Below, one piece after another: positions 43,746 through 52,626 of a DNA stretch of 64,000 bases. Location of the stretch: the NCBI GenBank assembly GCA_035489815.1, contig DATHJH010000005.1:20406-84405 (forward strand). The letters run 5' to 3'. The stretch is from Candidatus Limnocylindria bacterium (GTDB taxonomy: Bacteria; Patescibacteriota; Saccharimonadia; Saccharimonadales; JAGQNK01). The notes beneath the pieces were generated by a model. The model had not been told where the DNA came from, did not search any database, and was given only the letters and a program-made list of their open reading frames with translations. The position numbers were made by a program, and so were the translations under genes. Each line of letters starts with the position of its first letter. Position 1 is the first letter of the stretch.

Positions 43746-46091
43746 TTAGTTGTTGTAAAGGTTGATCTCGTTCATTGACCACCAGGCCGCCGGGTTATCT
43801 TCACTAAGTTCAGTGAGGCGGATGTAGCGTCCCACAATCCGTTGGTTAAATGGAATAGCGTAAAGGTCCGCAGGAGGGACGTAGTTATTCACCACGGTCG
43901 TGAAGTTCAGCCCATCATCAGAAACCTCGATCTTGAGCTTGTGTGGGCGATCACCAAGTTGTGAATATGCCCCCAAGCTGCTCATAGAAGTAAGTTTGCC
44001 GAGGTCAATGGTCAGCCAGTGGCCATAGGTCATCGGGAAGCCCGTTGTCCAGCGCGTGGCATTGTTACTATCCAGGATGTTTGCCGGCACATCCGTCCCG
44101 CCGGCAAATACGCCGTAGGCTTTCCAGGCGGCTTTGCCAGCCACAGGTTCACCGCTGGCAGGTGTCTGGGCAAACTTGAACCAGTTGAGTTCTATCAACT
44201 CCCCGCTTCCTGCCCCTTTAGCTACGACATAGAGCGTGTGCGTTCCTGCTGTTGGTGGTACGGTGCCTGTAGCCACGGGTGACGTCACGGAGTCACTTGG
44301 GGAAAAAGGCACGCTGCCCAGGAGTGGTCCGGTGGCGCTATCCTGCCGGAATTCTATAGTGCCGCTGCCCAGCGTACGATAACGAATTTGAAAGCTCATT
44401 GGTACTGCCTGCAGTGGAACGTTCGTAAAACGCAATTCTTCATTGTTGGCCAGATACACTGCTTTGCCGGATTTGCCCCCGTCGACAATAGGAACAATTT
44501 GCTGCCCTGCCGGCAATGAAGACGCGTAGTTTTCAGCTTCGATTCGGCCTGTATCTACGTCCTCTTTAGTATTGTCAGCCCCTTCCCAGGTAAAAGTCGC
44601 TGCCGCCCCAGCCGGCAAAGTATACCGAAAGGCCTTGTTGCCTTCACGTATAGTAAAGGTTCTTGCCTGGCCGCCAGAATTTAAGGCAATCAGGGCTTTC
44701 TTACCACTTGGGTTTTTGAAAGCGACCGTCTCAATAGAACCTTCACCGTAGGTTGTAGAGTCAATGCGTTGTGCGCCCGGATCTATAAACTTGCCGTAGT
44801 GCGCCAGAATGTAGTACTCAGTATTGAACGCCACTCCCCCGGCGTTAGTAACAGTCATGACACCACGACAATTTTGGCAACCGGCATTCGTATATGTCTT
44901 TGGCCCGGCATTCTCATCAAGCGCAAGGTTCCAGTACAGAGATGACCTGGCATAATTGCGGGTCGGGTTGATGATCATATTGCGCAGACCCCACCGGAAG
45001 TCATCGTCCCAACTTTCTGGCGGCGTGTTACTCCCTGTGCACTCTGTTACGTAGATATTTTTGGTCGGATGAGCTTTTTGTACAAGGAGCTGCCTGGTCG
45101 ATTCGCCGTGATAGCAGTGATAGGCCACGCCATCAATGTACTGTGCAGCATTTGGGTCAGACAGGACGCTGGGGGCATACATCGGGTTGGCGGTATCCCG
45201 CTCATCCTGCCAATCATCATCATGGGCCAGCAGCTGCGGCTTAACAGAGTTAGCGGCAACTTTGGGGCCAACGTTATCCCGAATCAGCTGCTGGTGAGCA
45301 GCCGGGGAAAAGAACATAGAAGGGTTGAAGGTAGGAGTAAACGGCTCATTCTGCGTGCTAAAAGCATGCGGTGTCAGGTTGTTTGCTGCGTAGCCATTGA
45401 TCGCTTTGACAAGATACGCTCCATACGAATCAAAGTACTCGGGCTTGAGCGGACCGATTGCATAGGGACGATCAGGAATCGGCATTGATTTCATCCACAG
45501 CGGTGCCGACCATGGCGCCATGATCGTTTTAAGGTTAGGATTTACACTCTTGGCATCCTGTAATCGCGGGATGAGGTATTGCAAATCATGATTGATGGAA
45601 AACTGACTTTGGGGCTCGTCAGTACCGCCCCCGGGGTTGTCATTATAGGTATATTCGCCGAGCGAAAAGTCAGTCAGACCCCAAGGCACGCGAACCACGT
45701 CTATACCTGCGCCATTTTGCTTGCCAAATAAAGCATGAGACACCAGCCCGCGCTGCGCTGCAGATAGCTTGGTAGAAAATAGGTACGCAGACGACTCAGT
45801 CATGGTAGCCCCTACCCCATCCATGGTCTGGAAGGTCTTCTGCGGATCTACCCGCACATTCAGATCCTGGGCCCCGGGTGCCAGATTATTGGTAAAAGGA
45901 ATGTCAGCCTGCCGTTCCACCAGCTTGGACTGGTCGGGCAACGTCAGATATACCCGGGCAGCCGCTCCGGCTGCCTGAACCGGGGTAGAAACGATAGTTG
46001 TTGCCAGGAGGTTTGCAACGACCACCAGTAACGTGAGGCCCATATATACTAAACGGCCGGCGAGCCTGCTGATCATACCTAACCCCCTCAA
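43746..46091 (-). CDS. secreted GH30-family glycosidase with CBM6/35-like and F5/8-type-C (discoidin) modules
   Basis: 781 aa. N-terminal TM/signal, GH30-like core (DGVGATMTESS, STQNEPF acid/base, YVTECTG nucleophile), IEAENYAS (CBM6/35-like), and NATRWTTG...WLTIDLG (discoidin-like). Confidence 0.75.
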   Translation of the reverse strand: MRGLGMISRLAGRLVYMGLTLLVVVANLLATTIVSTPVQAAGAAARVYLTLPDQSKLVERQADIPFTNNLAPGAQDLNVRVDPQKTFQTMDGVGATMTESSAYLFSTKLSAAQRGLVSHALFGKQNGAGIDVVRVPWGLTDFSLGEYTYNDNPGGGTDEPQSQFSINHDLQYLIPRLQDAKSVNPNLKTIMAPWSAPLWMKSMPIPDRPYAIGPLKPEYFDSYGAYLVKAINGYAANNLTPHAFSTQNEPFTPTFNPSMFFSPAAHQQLIRDNVGPKVAANSVKPQLLAHDDDWQDERDTANPMYAPSVLSDPNAAQYIDGVAYHCYHGESTRQLLVQKAHPTKNIYVTECTGSNTPPESWDDDFRWGLRNMIINPTRNYARSSLYWNLALDENAGPKTYTNAGCQNCRGVMTVTNAGGVAFNTEYYILAHYGKFIDPGAQRIDSTTYGEGSIETVAFKNPSGKKALIALNSGGQARTFTIREGNKAFRYTLPAGAAATFTWEGADNTKEDVDTGRIEAENYASSLPAGQQIVPIVDGGKSGKAVYLANNEELRFTNVPLQAVPMSFQIRYRTLGSGTIEFRQDSATGPLLGSVPFSPSDSVTSPVATGTVPPTAGTHTLYVVAKGAGSGELIELNWFKFAQTPASGEPVAGKAAWKAYGVFAGGTDVPANILDSNNATRWTTGFPMTYGHWLTIDLGKLTSMSSLGAYSQLGDRPHKLKIEVSDDGLNFTTVVNNYVPPADLYAIPFNQRIVGRYIRLTELSEDNPAAWWSMNEINLYNN

Positions 46092-46336
46092 TTTATATGG
46101 TCAAAGTATAAGTAGTCGGTTTGACATAGAATGTGAGAATTCTTACTCCAGAACCTGTTCTAAGAACCTGTCCACAATCTCCAATCCCGTCCCAAAATCA
46201 CCCATTCTGACGTCAATACACCCCAGCTCCCCAGCCGTACCTATAGGTAGGATAGGAAACCTGGAACGAATTGCTATTGATTTTCTAAAAGAAAATGGAG
46301 CAATTTTGGGCTCGGGAGCGAGATTGTGAACAGGCT

Positions 46337-47608
46337 CTAACTTTCTGTAATGTTTTTGATCCTGGCAGCAAACCATTTGGCACTGGGACGAATAGTCCGT
46401 TTCATGTTGCGTTTACGGTCTACCTCTACCAACCCAAACCTGGGCCACCAGCCGTATTTCCATTCAAAATTGTCCAGCAGGCTCCAGTGGAAATAGCCGC
46501 GCAGGTCAACCCCTTCACTCAGGGCCCGTTCCATGGCTATTATTGTTTCCTCCAGCCACCATCGGCGATAGTCGTCGGTGTCATCAGCCACCCCGTTTTC
46601 TGTGACGTAAATCGGTTTTTTGTAGCGGGCCCAGGTGCGGAGTAGTAACGGGTACAGTCCTTCCGGCTCCATATACCAGCCCAGGTCATTCAGAGGTACA
46701 TGGGGGTTAATCTTTTTCATGAGGCCCGTGTAGTAGTCGGTAAAGTAATAGTTGAACCCTACAAAATCCTGATAGTTTCTGACGCGGGCCAAAAACCACC
46801 AGTTCCAGGCAGTACGCATAATCTTGGTCGAAAGCTGGTCAAAAAAGTTATGCGGCCGCTTTGCCTGGATATTTGCCAGCTGTTGGGCTATACCTATTTG
46901 CAGCATGGGTTTGCGTTTTTTGAGTATTTTGTATGCCCGCTTGTGCGCCGTAACCAGGTTAAAGTACACCCGCATGGAACTGAGGAGATTCTTTTCCTCT
47001 GGCGGCCATTCACCGGTTGTGTACCCAAAGACCGTAAAGACATTGGGTTCATTCAGCGTAATAATGTAGCCGACGTCATCCACCAGCTCCTCGGCTACCC
47101 TCTCTATAAACCGTTCAAAGTACTTGATATTTGCCCGCTTTTTGAACCCACCTTTTGCGTCAAACCAGATGGGTACTGTCCAGTGCCATAAGTTAACAAA
47201 CGGCTCTATATGCCGGGCACGCAGCTCCCGAATGTATTCACGGTAGTGCTCAATGGCTTCCTCATCCCACTTGCCTTCTTCTGGTTCCAGGCGCGACCAC
47301 TCTATGCCGAACCGGAAGGCGTTCATGTGCAGCTGCTGGACAATATCAAAGTCTTCCTTGTACCGCTTGTAGTGCTCTACGCCTTTGCCGGACACGTAAT
47401 TGTCAGGGTCCTCGGCTTCCTCCTTAATGTCGTTCCAGCTTGGCAGCCAGCCCAAACGTTGGTGTGCGGTTTGGGCCAGCTCCTTGGCGTGGGCCAGCTC
47501 CCAGACCGTCCACTGGTTCTCCAGTCCGCCCTCTACCTGATGCGCTGCCGTACTTGCCCCCCAGAAAAAGTGTTTTGGGAAAATCTTATCGTTACTGTTT
47601 TCGTTCAT
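46337..47608 (-). CDS. GH1-family beta-glucosidase
   Basis: 423 aa. FFWGASTAAHQVEG, ITLNEPNVF (acid/base) and YVTENGVAD (nucleophile). Confidence 0.9.
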   Translation of the reverse strand: MNENSNDKIFPKHFFWGASTAAHQVEGGLENQWTVWELAHAKELAQTAHQRLGWLPSWNDIKEEAEDPDNYVSGKGVEHYKRYKEDFDIVQQLHMNAFRFGIEWSRLEPEEGKWDEEAIEHYREYIRELRARHIEPFVNLWHWTVPIWFDAKGGFKKRANIKYFERFIERVAEELVDDVGYIITLNEPNVFTVFGYTTGEWPPEEKNLLSSMRVYFNLVTAHKRAYKILKKRKPMLQIGIAQQLANIQAKRPHNFFDQLSTKIMRTAWNWWFLARVRNYQDFVGFNYYFTDYYTGLMKKINPHVPLNDLGWYMEPEGLYPLLLRTWARYKKPIYVTENGVADDTDDYRRWWLEETIIAMERALSEGVDLRGYFHWSLLDNFEWKYGWWPRFGLVEVDRKRNMKRTIRPSAKWFAARIKNITES

Positions 47609-47638
47609 TTACTGAGCATTATAACAGCTCAGTGGTGA

Positions 47639-48115
47639 CTACTCGTTTACTGGCACTGCCGTGAACATGTCTGCCTCGTGAAAAGTACAGTGGATCATGC
47701 TGCCCGCCACGGCCTCAAAACGAAGTGTGATCGTGTCGCCTGTTTTTATAGTTTGGGGCTCTTCCTCCACTGCTCCATCATGATCATGATGGCCGCCCAT
47801 ATACAGCGCATTATGTGGGACCTGCCCCCTGTTTGTAAGGTGAGCAACTACCTCTTGGCCCGGCTCAAACTCTGTGCCATCCGGCCAGGTAAACCTGTTG
47901 TCCGTCACGCTTATCTCAACCACCGCAGCATCATCTGCCGCCCCCGGAGCAGGCTCCCCCCAAGGTGAGGCACATCCAGACGCCAGCCCCAGAAGAGTGG
48001 CTGCTGCAACTCGTCTTGCCCGTCCCGTAAGTACCTGCGGGCCTTTTTCAAACCATCCCATGCGGTGACTCCTATTAGTTGAGTATATTATATCACTTAT
48101 ATAGCATACCGGCAA
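47639..48115 (-). CDS. cupredoxin-like (type-1 copper) lipoprotein
   Basis: 158 aa. Lipobox LGLASGC, then ligand pattern H (VPHNAL) and C-x2-H-x4-M (HCTFHEADM). Confidence 0.65.
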   Translation of the reverse strand: MPVCYISDIIYSTNRSHRMGWFEKGPQVLTGRARRVAAATLLGLASGCASPWGEPAPGAADDAAVVEISVTDNRFTWPDGTEFEPGQEVVAHLTNRGQVPHNALYMGGHHDHDGAVEEEPQTIKTGDTITLRFEAVAGSMIHCTFHEADMFTAVPVNE

Positions 48116-48189
48116 AACTATCGTCTGGCCCGCACTTTAAGGCCAGCAATTACGAAGTGAGGGTGATTCAGAACTACCGTTCGGAGTTC

Positions 48190-48969
48190 TTATCTATACT
48201 CCGGGTTTTCAAAATCAAAATGAGTACCCGCGTCCCATTTGGATCGCTGATTGCCGTAAGCTGGGATGCCGCCAGCATTTTTGATCATTTGGGCCATATG
48301 CATGAGGTTCCAGGTCATGAAGGTCGTGTTGCGGTTGGTAAAATCGTTGTCCACCCCTACCCTTTTGCCATCCTTTAGCTTGTCACCGTAGCTGGGGCCC
48401 GGGCCGGCTTCGCCGATCCAGCCGGCATCTGCCTGCGGCGGAATGGCATAGCCAATGTGCTGCAGGCTGTAGAGAACGTTCATAGCACAGTGCTTTATGC
48501 CGTCCTCGTTGCCGGTTATAAGCGCGCCGCCGACCTTGCCATAAAAGGCGTACTGCCCTGCCTTGTTCAGCTCCCCGGAATTACTGTAGAGCCGCTCAAT
48601 AATCTTTTTAGTCTGGGAACTGTTGTCGCCCAGCCATATGGGCCCGGCTATGACCAGGATGTCAGCTGCCTGTACCTTTTTGTAAATCTCTGGCCACTCG
48701 TCCGTTTCCCAGCCGTATTCACGCATATCCGGGTAGACTCCGGTGGCAATATCGTAATCTATCGGCCGTATGACCTCAGCCTGCACACCATGCTTTTGCA
48801 TAATCTGCCGGCTGACTTCAATAAGTAATTCTGTATGGCTCTTTTCCGGCGATTTCTTCAACGTGCAGTTGAAAAATACTGCTCTCAAACCTGAAAAGTC
48901 CCATTTTTGAGCGTTGCTTCCCACTTTTCCCTCGCTTTGATTAGTCTGTGACTTCATTCTAGCAGCCAA
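48190..48969 (-). CDS. flavodoxin-like NAD(P)H-dependent FMN reductase family protein
   Basis: 259 aa. FNCTLKKSP...ADILVIAGPIWLG...GGALITGNEDG is the pattern of flavodoxin-fold reductases. Confidence 0.7.
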   Translation of the reverse strand: MAARMKSQTNQSEGKVGSNAQKWDFSGLRAVFFNCTLKKSPEKSHTELLIEVSRQIMQKHGVQAEVIRPIDYDIATGVYPDMREYGWETDEWPEIYKKVQAADILVIAGPIWLGDNSSQTKKIIERLYSNSGELNKAGQYAFYGKVGGALITGNEDGIKHCAMNVLYSLQHIGYAIPPQADAGWIGEAGPGPSYGDKLKDGKRVGVDNDFTNRNTTFMTWNLMHMAQMIKNAGGIPAYGNQRSKWDAGTHFDFENPEYR

Positions 48970-49035
48970 AAATCTACGGTCAAAATGAGAGAATTCTCAT
49001 ATAACAGTTCATGAACAAATGTAAATGTATACTGT

Positions 49036-49626
49036 ATGTCACAACCAACTCCCTATCCAGGTGCCTCACCACAACGACAGCCAGTTATTTTTCCGCACGA
49101 ACTGTATACGGTTGATGTCGCCTTTGGTCCCGAACGCCAGTTAGCAGTGGCAACCTTCTGGAACACAGGAGGGGCAGCACTCCGAGGCTCATTAGACACT
49201 GTCCAGGCCGATTGTACGGCCCAACTGCAACGATCGCTCGGCGAAAGAGCTCTGATCACTACCAGGGACGTTCCATCCATTGGCAACACAAAACTGACGG
49301 TTGCGCAGACGGAAGTGTCAGACTATAACCACTATTTAACTTTGTCCCAGGAGTGGATCAAGCAACCAGTTAACGATATGGGAAATAACATGGCTGTAAC
49401 CGATTGGGAAGTACCGGATGACGAACCTTCTGCGGCCGAGATTGATCTACGGGATGGTGCGCTAGACAGTGGACCCGAAGTAGTAATTGATACCCCCACC
49501 GCCCAAGAGATTCTGCGAAGTTACTGTACCCCCGCCATAGAAGCGTTTCGGGGCATCGCCTACCAGCGAGATGAGCTGAATATTGCCGAAGTTCGCTCGT
49601 CCCCGGGATACCCTTGGAACGTTTAG
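49036..49626 (+). CDS. hypothetical protein
   Basis: 196-aa ORF. No motif recognised. Confidence 0.45.
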   Translation: MSQPTPYPGASPQRQPVIFPHELYTVDVAFGPERQLAVATFWNTGGAALRGSLDTVQADCTAQLQRSLGERALITTRDVPSIGNTKLTVAQTEVSDYNHYLTLSQEWIKQPVNDMGNNMAVTDWEVPDDEPSAAEIDLRDGALDSGPEVVIDTPTAQEILRSYCTPAIEAFRGIAYQRDELNIAEVRSSPGYPWNV

Positions 49627-49655
49627 TAGAAACTAAACCCCAGTAGATCATTTTA

Positions 49656-49681
49656 AGCACAGGTAATACGTGCTGGTTTTT
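49656..49681 (+). terminator. weak rho-independent terminator
   Basis: agcac-aggtaatac-gtgct followed by ggttttt. Confidence 0.35.
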
Positions 49682-49773
49682 GGCGGCAACCTGTCTATAG
49701 CGTAGCGCAAGGCTGTGCGGGTATATCGTGAGGTGTGTTTGCCCAGAAAGTCCGGCAGACCTGTCGCGTCACG

Positions 49774-50334
49774 TCATTTTTTGGGGCCGGGTTTTCGCTT
49801 TTTGCGGTCATAGTAGGCGAGTTCGCGCCGGTGCTGGTCAATGCGATCAACGTATTTGTCGTAGGCATTGTACAGGCCGGAATAGTGCCCGCTTGGGGCA
49901 AGGATTTTCAGAAGCTTTTTTTGTTCCTCCAGGTATTCGACCAGTGCGTAGAAGTCACCGTCTCCGGATACGATGATTGCCTTATCATAATTCTGAATCT
50001 CCTTCATGGCCCACAACACCAGGTCGGCGTCTATGTTGCCTTTGGTTTGCTTTTTATCCTCTTCTTTTTCCGGGGCTTCCGGGCGTGGCCGGGTCATATC
50101 GAAGGTGGGCTTGAGCACCACGGCGTAGCCGGTCTCGTGCAGCTGTACGTACATGTCCTCAAACTCCGGCACATAGCCAATGAACATGAGGGCTTTTGTA
50201 ACACCGTATTTTTCGGCTAAAAACAGCCGGAACTTGTGCCAATCCATTTTCCAACCCAATTTTTGCGTGCTGACATTTAAGTTCTGGCTATCAATAAACG
50301 CATATACACTGGGCTTTCTTCTACGTCGCCTCAT
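49774..50334 (-). CDS. NYN-domain (LabA/PIN-like) protein
   Basis: AFIDSQNLN...GNIDADLVLWAM...IIVSGDGDFYALVEYL matches the NYN acidic-residue pattern. Start placed at MRRRRRK. The ORF is open to 50364. Confidence 0.7.
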   Translation of the reverse strand: MRRRRRKPSVYAFIDSQNLNVSTQKLGWKMDWHKFRLFLAEKYGVTKALMFIGYVPEFEDMYVQLHETGYAVVLKPTFDMTRPRPEAPEKEEDKKQTKGNIDADLVLWAMKEIQNYDKAIIVSGDGDFYALVEYLEEQKKLLKILAPSGHYSGLYNAYDKYVDRIDQHRRELAYYDRKKRKPGPKK

Positions 50335-50563
50335 CCCGTTAAACTCCAAGAAACTACCGTGCATTTGGATAACGATTGAAGCCGGCGCAAGCAGCCACTC
50401 ACCAGAAAAATATATAGAGTTAAGTGGAGTTTAACGGGACTCATACCCCCAGTCTACCACCTTATTGCCACCTGAAGCTTATAATCATATCCTGGATTTT
50501 TTATGATTTATTCATAAAAAATCCAGTCATTTGGAGGGGGAGGATCACGAGCGAAGCGAGTCT

Positions 50564-50611
50564 AAGGAGGAGGAACCCTTGGGAAGCCCTGTTTCCGGGT
50601 TCCCCCTCCTT
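50564..50611. other. long hairpin abutting the 3' end of the VOC gene
   Basis: aaggaggaggaaccc / gggttccccctcctt pair at 14 of 15 positions. There is no T-run, so this is not a classical terminator. Confidence 0.4.
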
Positions 50612-50613
50612 AC

Positions 50614-50988
50614 TTAAAGGTGGTGCGTAATGCAAATAAGGTTGCCTGAAGGATCCTTAAACCACGCCGCGTCGTACCGGGCAAAGTGGTGTATGTATCC
50701 CCGACGACGAGCCCCCGGCAGCGTATATTTTTCAAACTGCACACCCCGGGCCTGGAGGGACCTGACGGTACTTCTGGGGTCACCTACCTCCCAAATAGCA
50801 GCAGTGCCTCCATTCGTACCAGCAAACTCCGAATAGTAAAGGACTATACGGCTTGTCCCGGTCTGGTACCACACGCCGTTTTCGTTTTGGTCCACAATCG
50901 TAAGTCCCAGGGTCTTTCCATAAAAATCCATGGCCTGGGCTATATCAAGGACCGGTAACGCGGCATACATAGTATTGTTGGCAAGCAT
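50614..50988 (-). CDS. VOC/glyoxalase-family protein
   Basis: 124 aa. LPVLDIAQAMDFYGKTLGL and the C-terminal FKDPSGNLI pattern. Confidence 0.7.
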   Translation of the reverse strand: MLANNTMYAALPVLDIAQAMDFYGKTLGLTIVDQNENGVWYQTGTSRIVLYYSEFAGTNGGTAAIWEVGDPRSTVRSLQARGVQFEKYTLPGARRRGYIHHFARYDAAWFKDPSGNLICITHHL

Positions 50989-51018
50989 GTTGTGACCTCT
51001 AGTAAGTATACCTTAGGG

Positions 51019-52596
51019 TTACTTATTTTTGCTCTTGTTGCGTAGTGTTACTACAGCGTCTTCACCAAAGTGTTTTTTCAACCGGGCCCGGATGGAGCCC
51101 GGGTGCCTGCCAAAGGTGTCCGTCAGCGACTTGAGGGTGACCTCATGACCCTCCTGAAAAAGCTCCATAAGCCTTTGATCGTCAGCCTTGCCCCATGGTC
51201 TGTAGGCATTAGGATATTTTTCACGCATTTTCTCCAGCCTTTCATTCCAGCTTCCAGGCTGATGAGGTGCGGTCTTCTCTTCCGGAGCCTCTTGGGCCCG
51301 CTGCTTGGCAAGCTCCCGTAAATGTTCAAAACGCCGGGCATCAGACTGAGCCCGGCTTCTGAGTTGCTGGTCAATCTCAAGCGCAATAGGGCTCACCCTA
51401 AGGGCCATTTGATTAATACCGGCCAGGCTGAGGGTTTCCAGGCTGCGCACCCGGGACAATGCCACATATCCCATACCCTCTACAAAAGCCTTGCTAAGGT
51501 CTACCCGGGCACCGTCCAGTGTCATGCCCTGACTTTTGTGCACGGTAATTGCCCAGGCCAGGCGCAGCGGAATTTGCGTCAGGCTGGCCCGCTTTTTGTC
51601 ACCGTCACGCAGTTCCCATGTCTCTGGCGTAATAGTAAGTTTGCGGCCATTCTTGAGTTCTACAATCGGATAGTCGGTATTTTCCTCAAAATCCAGTACC
51701 ATCCCAAGTGAACCGTTGACGTACCTTTTTTCCGGATTGTTCCGGACGCACATTACCAGAGCACCTTTCTTTAGCACCAGGGCCGGGAGGGCCAAACAGG
51801 ACCTTCCCAGGGTCTCGACGTAGTGAGCCTTGCCTGTGGTGTCCATGCGGTAGACATGCTCATCGCCCTCCAGCTGCGCCAGCCGGGCCTGGTTAATAGC
51901 ATCTACGTCTGCATTTGTGGTGTAAAGTTCGGTGACTTCGTTAAACGGATCGTAGGCACCGCGCCGGCCAAGCAGTGCCTCGGCGTGGCGGCGACGGATG
52001 TCGCCAGCACGCATAGCATTAAGAATCTCCAGGTAAGCGTCATCGTCCTGCCGATGCTGTTCGCTGAGATAGCACACAACAGGTTCCAGCTCTTGCCAGA
52101 CCTGCGAATTCACGACAAAGCCACCAGGACGGCTGTCATGCCGTGTAACGGGCGGCAACTGGAAAAAGTCACCGCACAGGATCACCTGAATACCCCCAAA
52201 GGGCTCGTCCTTTGCACGGACCTTGCGGGCAATCTGGTCCACCATATCCAGACGGTAATCATGCAGCATAGATATTTCATCGATGATCAGAACATCGGTC
52301 TTGGCAATTGTTTCCTGCCTGCCCTTTGCCAGCCCCTCGTGAAACCGGGCGGGCAGTTCGTCATGTATACCAATGCCGCTCCAGGAATGAATGGTGTTAC
52401 CGTTCAGGTGCGTTGCCGCCAAGCCGGTTGTGGCAGTCACCGACACGTGTTTACCGGCACGTTTGGCCCGGCGAATAAACTCATTTAACACATAGGTTTT
52501 GCCAGAGCCAGCCGGCCCGGTCAGCAGTATGCTCTCCCCTGCCCCCATAATCTCTAATGCTAAAAGCTGATCCATCAGACCTTTAAGTATACGCAT
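51019..52596 (-). CDS. Pif1/RecD-like SF1 helicase with basic C-terminal HTH-like tail
   Basis: 525 aa. Walker A GPAGSGKTY, LIIDEISM (Walker B), GDFFQLPPV, and TVHKSQGMT. The last ~90 aa look like a small helical DNA-binding module. Confidence 0.8.
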   Translation of the reverse strand: MRILKGLMDQLLALEIMGAGESILLTGPAGSGKTYVLNEFIRRAKRAGKHVSVTATTGLAATHLNGNTIHSWSGIGIHDELPARFHEGLAKGRQETIAKTDVLIIDEISMLHDYRLDMVDQIARKVRAKDEPFGGIQVILCGDFFQLPPVTRHDSRPGGFVVNSQVWQELEPVVCYLSEQHRQDDDAYLEILNAMRAGDIRRRHAEALLGRRGAYDPFNEVTELYTTNADVDAINQARLAQLEGDEHVYRMDTTGKAHYVETLGRSCLALPALVLKKGALVMCVRNNPEKRYVNGSLGMVLDFEENTDYPIVELKNGRKLTITPETWELRDGDKKRASLTQIPLRLAWAITVHKSQGMTLDGARVDLSKAFVEGMGYVALSRVRSLETLSLAGINQMALRVSPIALEIDQQLRSRAQSDARRFEHLRELAKQRAQEAPEEKTAPHQPGSWNERLEKMREKYPNAYRPWGKADDQRLMELFQEGHEVTLKSLTDTFGRHPGSIRARLKKHFGEDAVVTLRNKSKNK

Positions 52597-52626
52597 ATTT
52601 TAGCCGTACGGCATCACAAGAACGCG

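Noticed and set aside
3459-46191. The dispersed palindromic repeats as a CRISPR array.
   Set aside because: The copies are kilobases apart and not regularly spaced, each is internally palindromic with variable length, and there are no cas genes.
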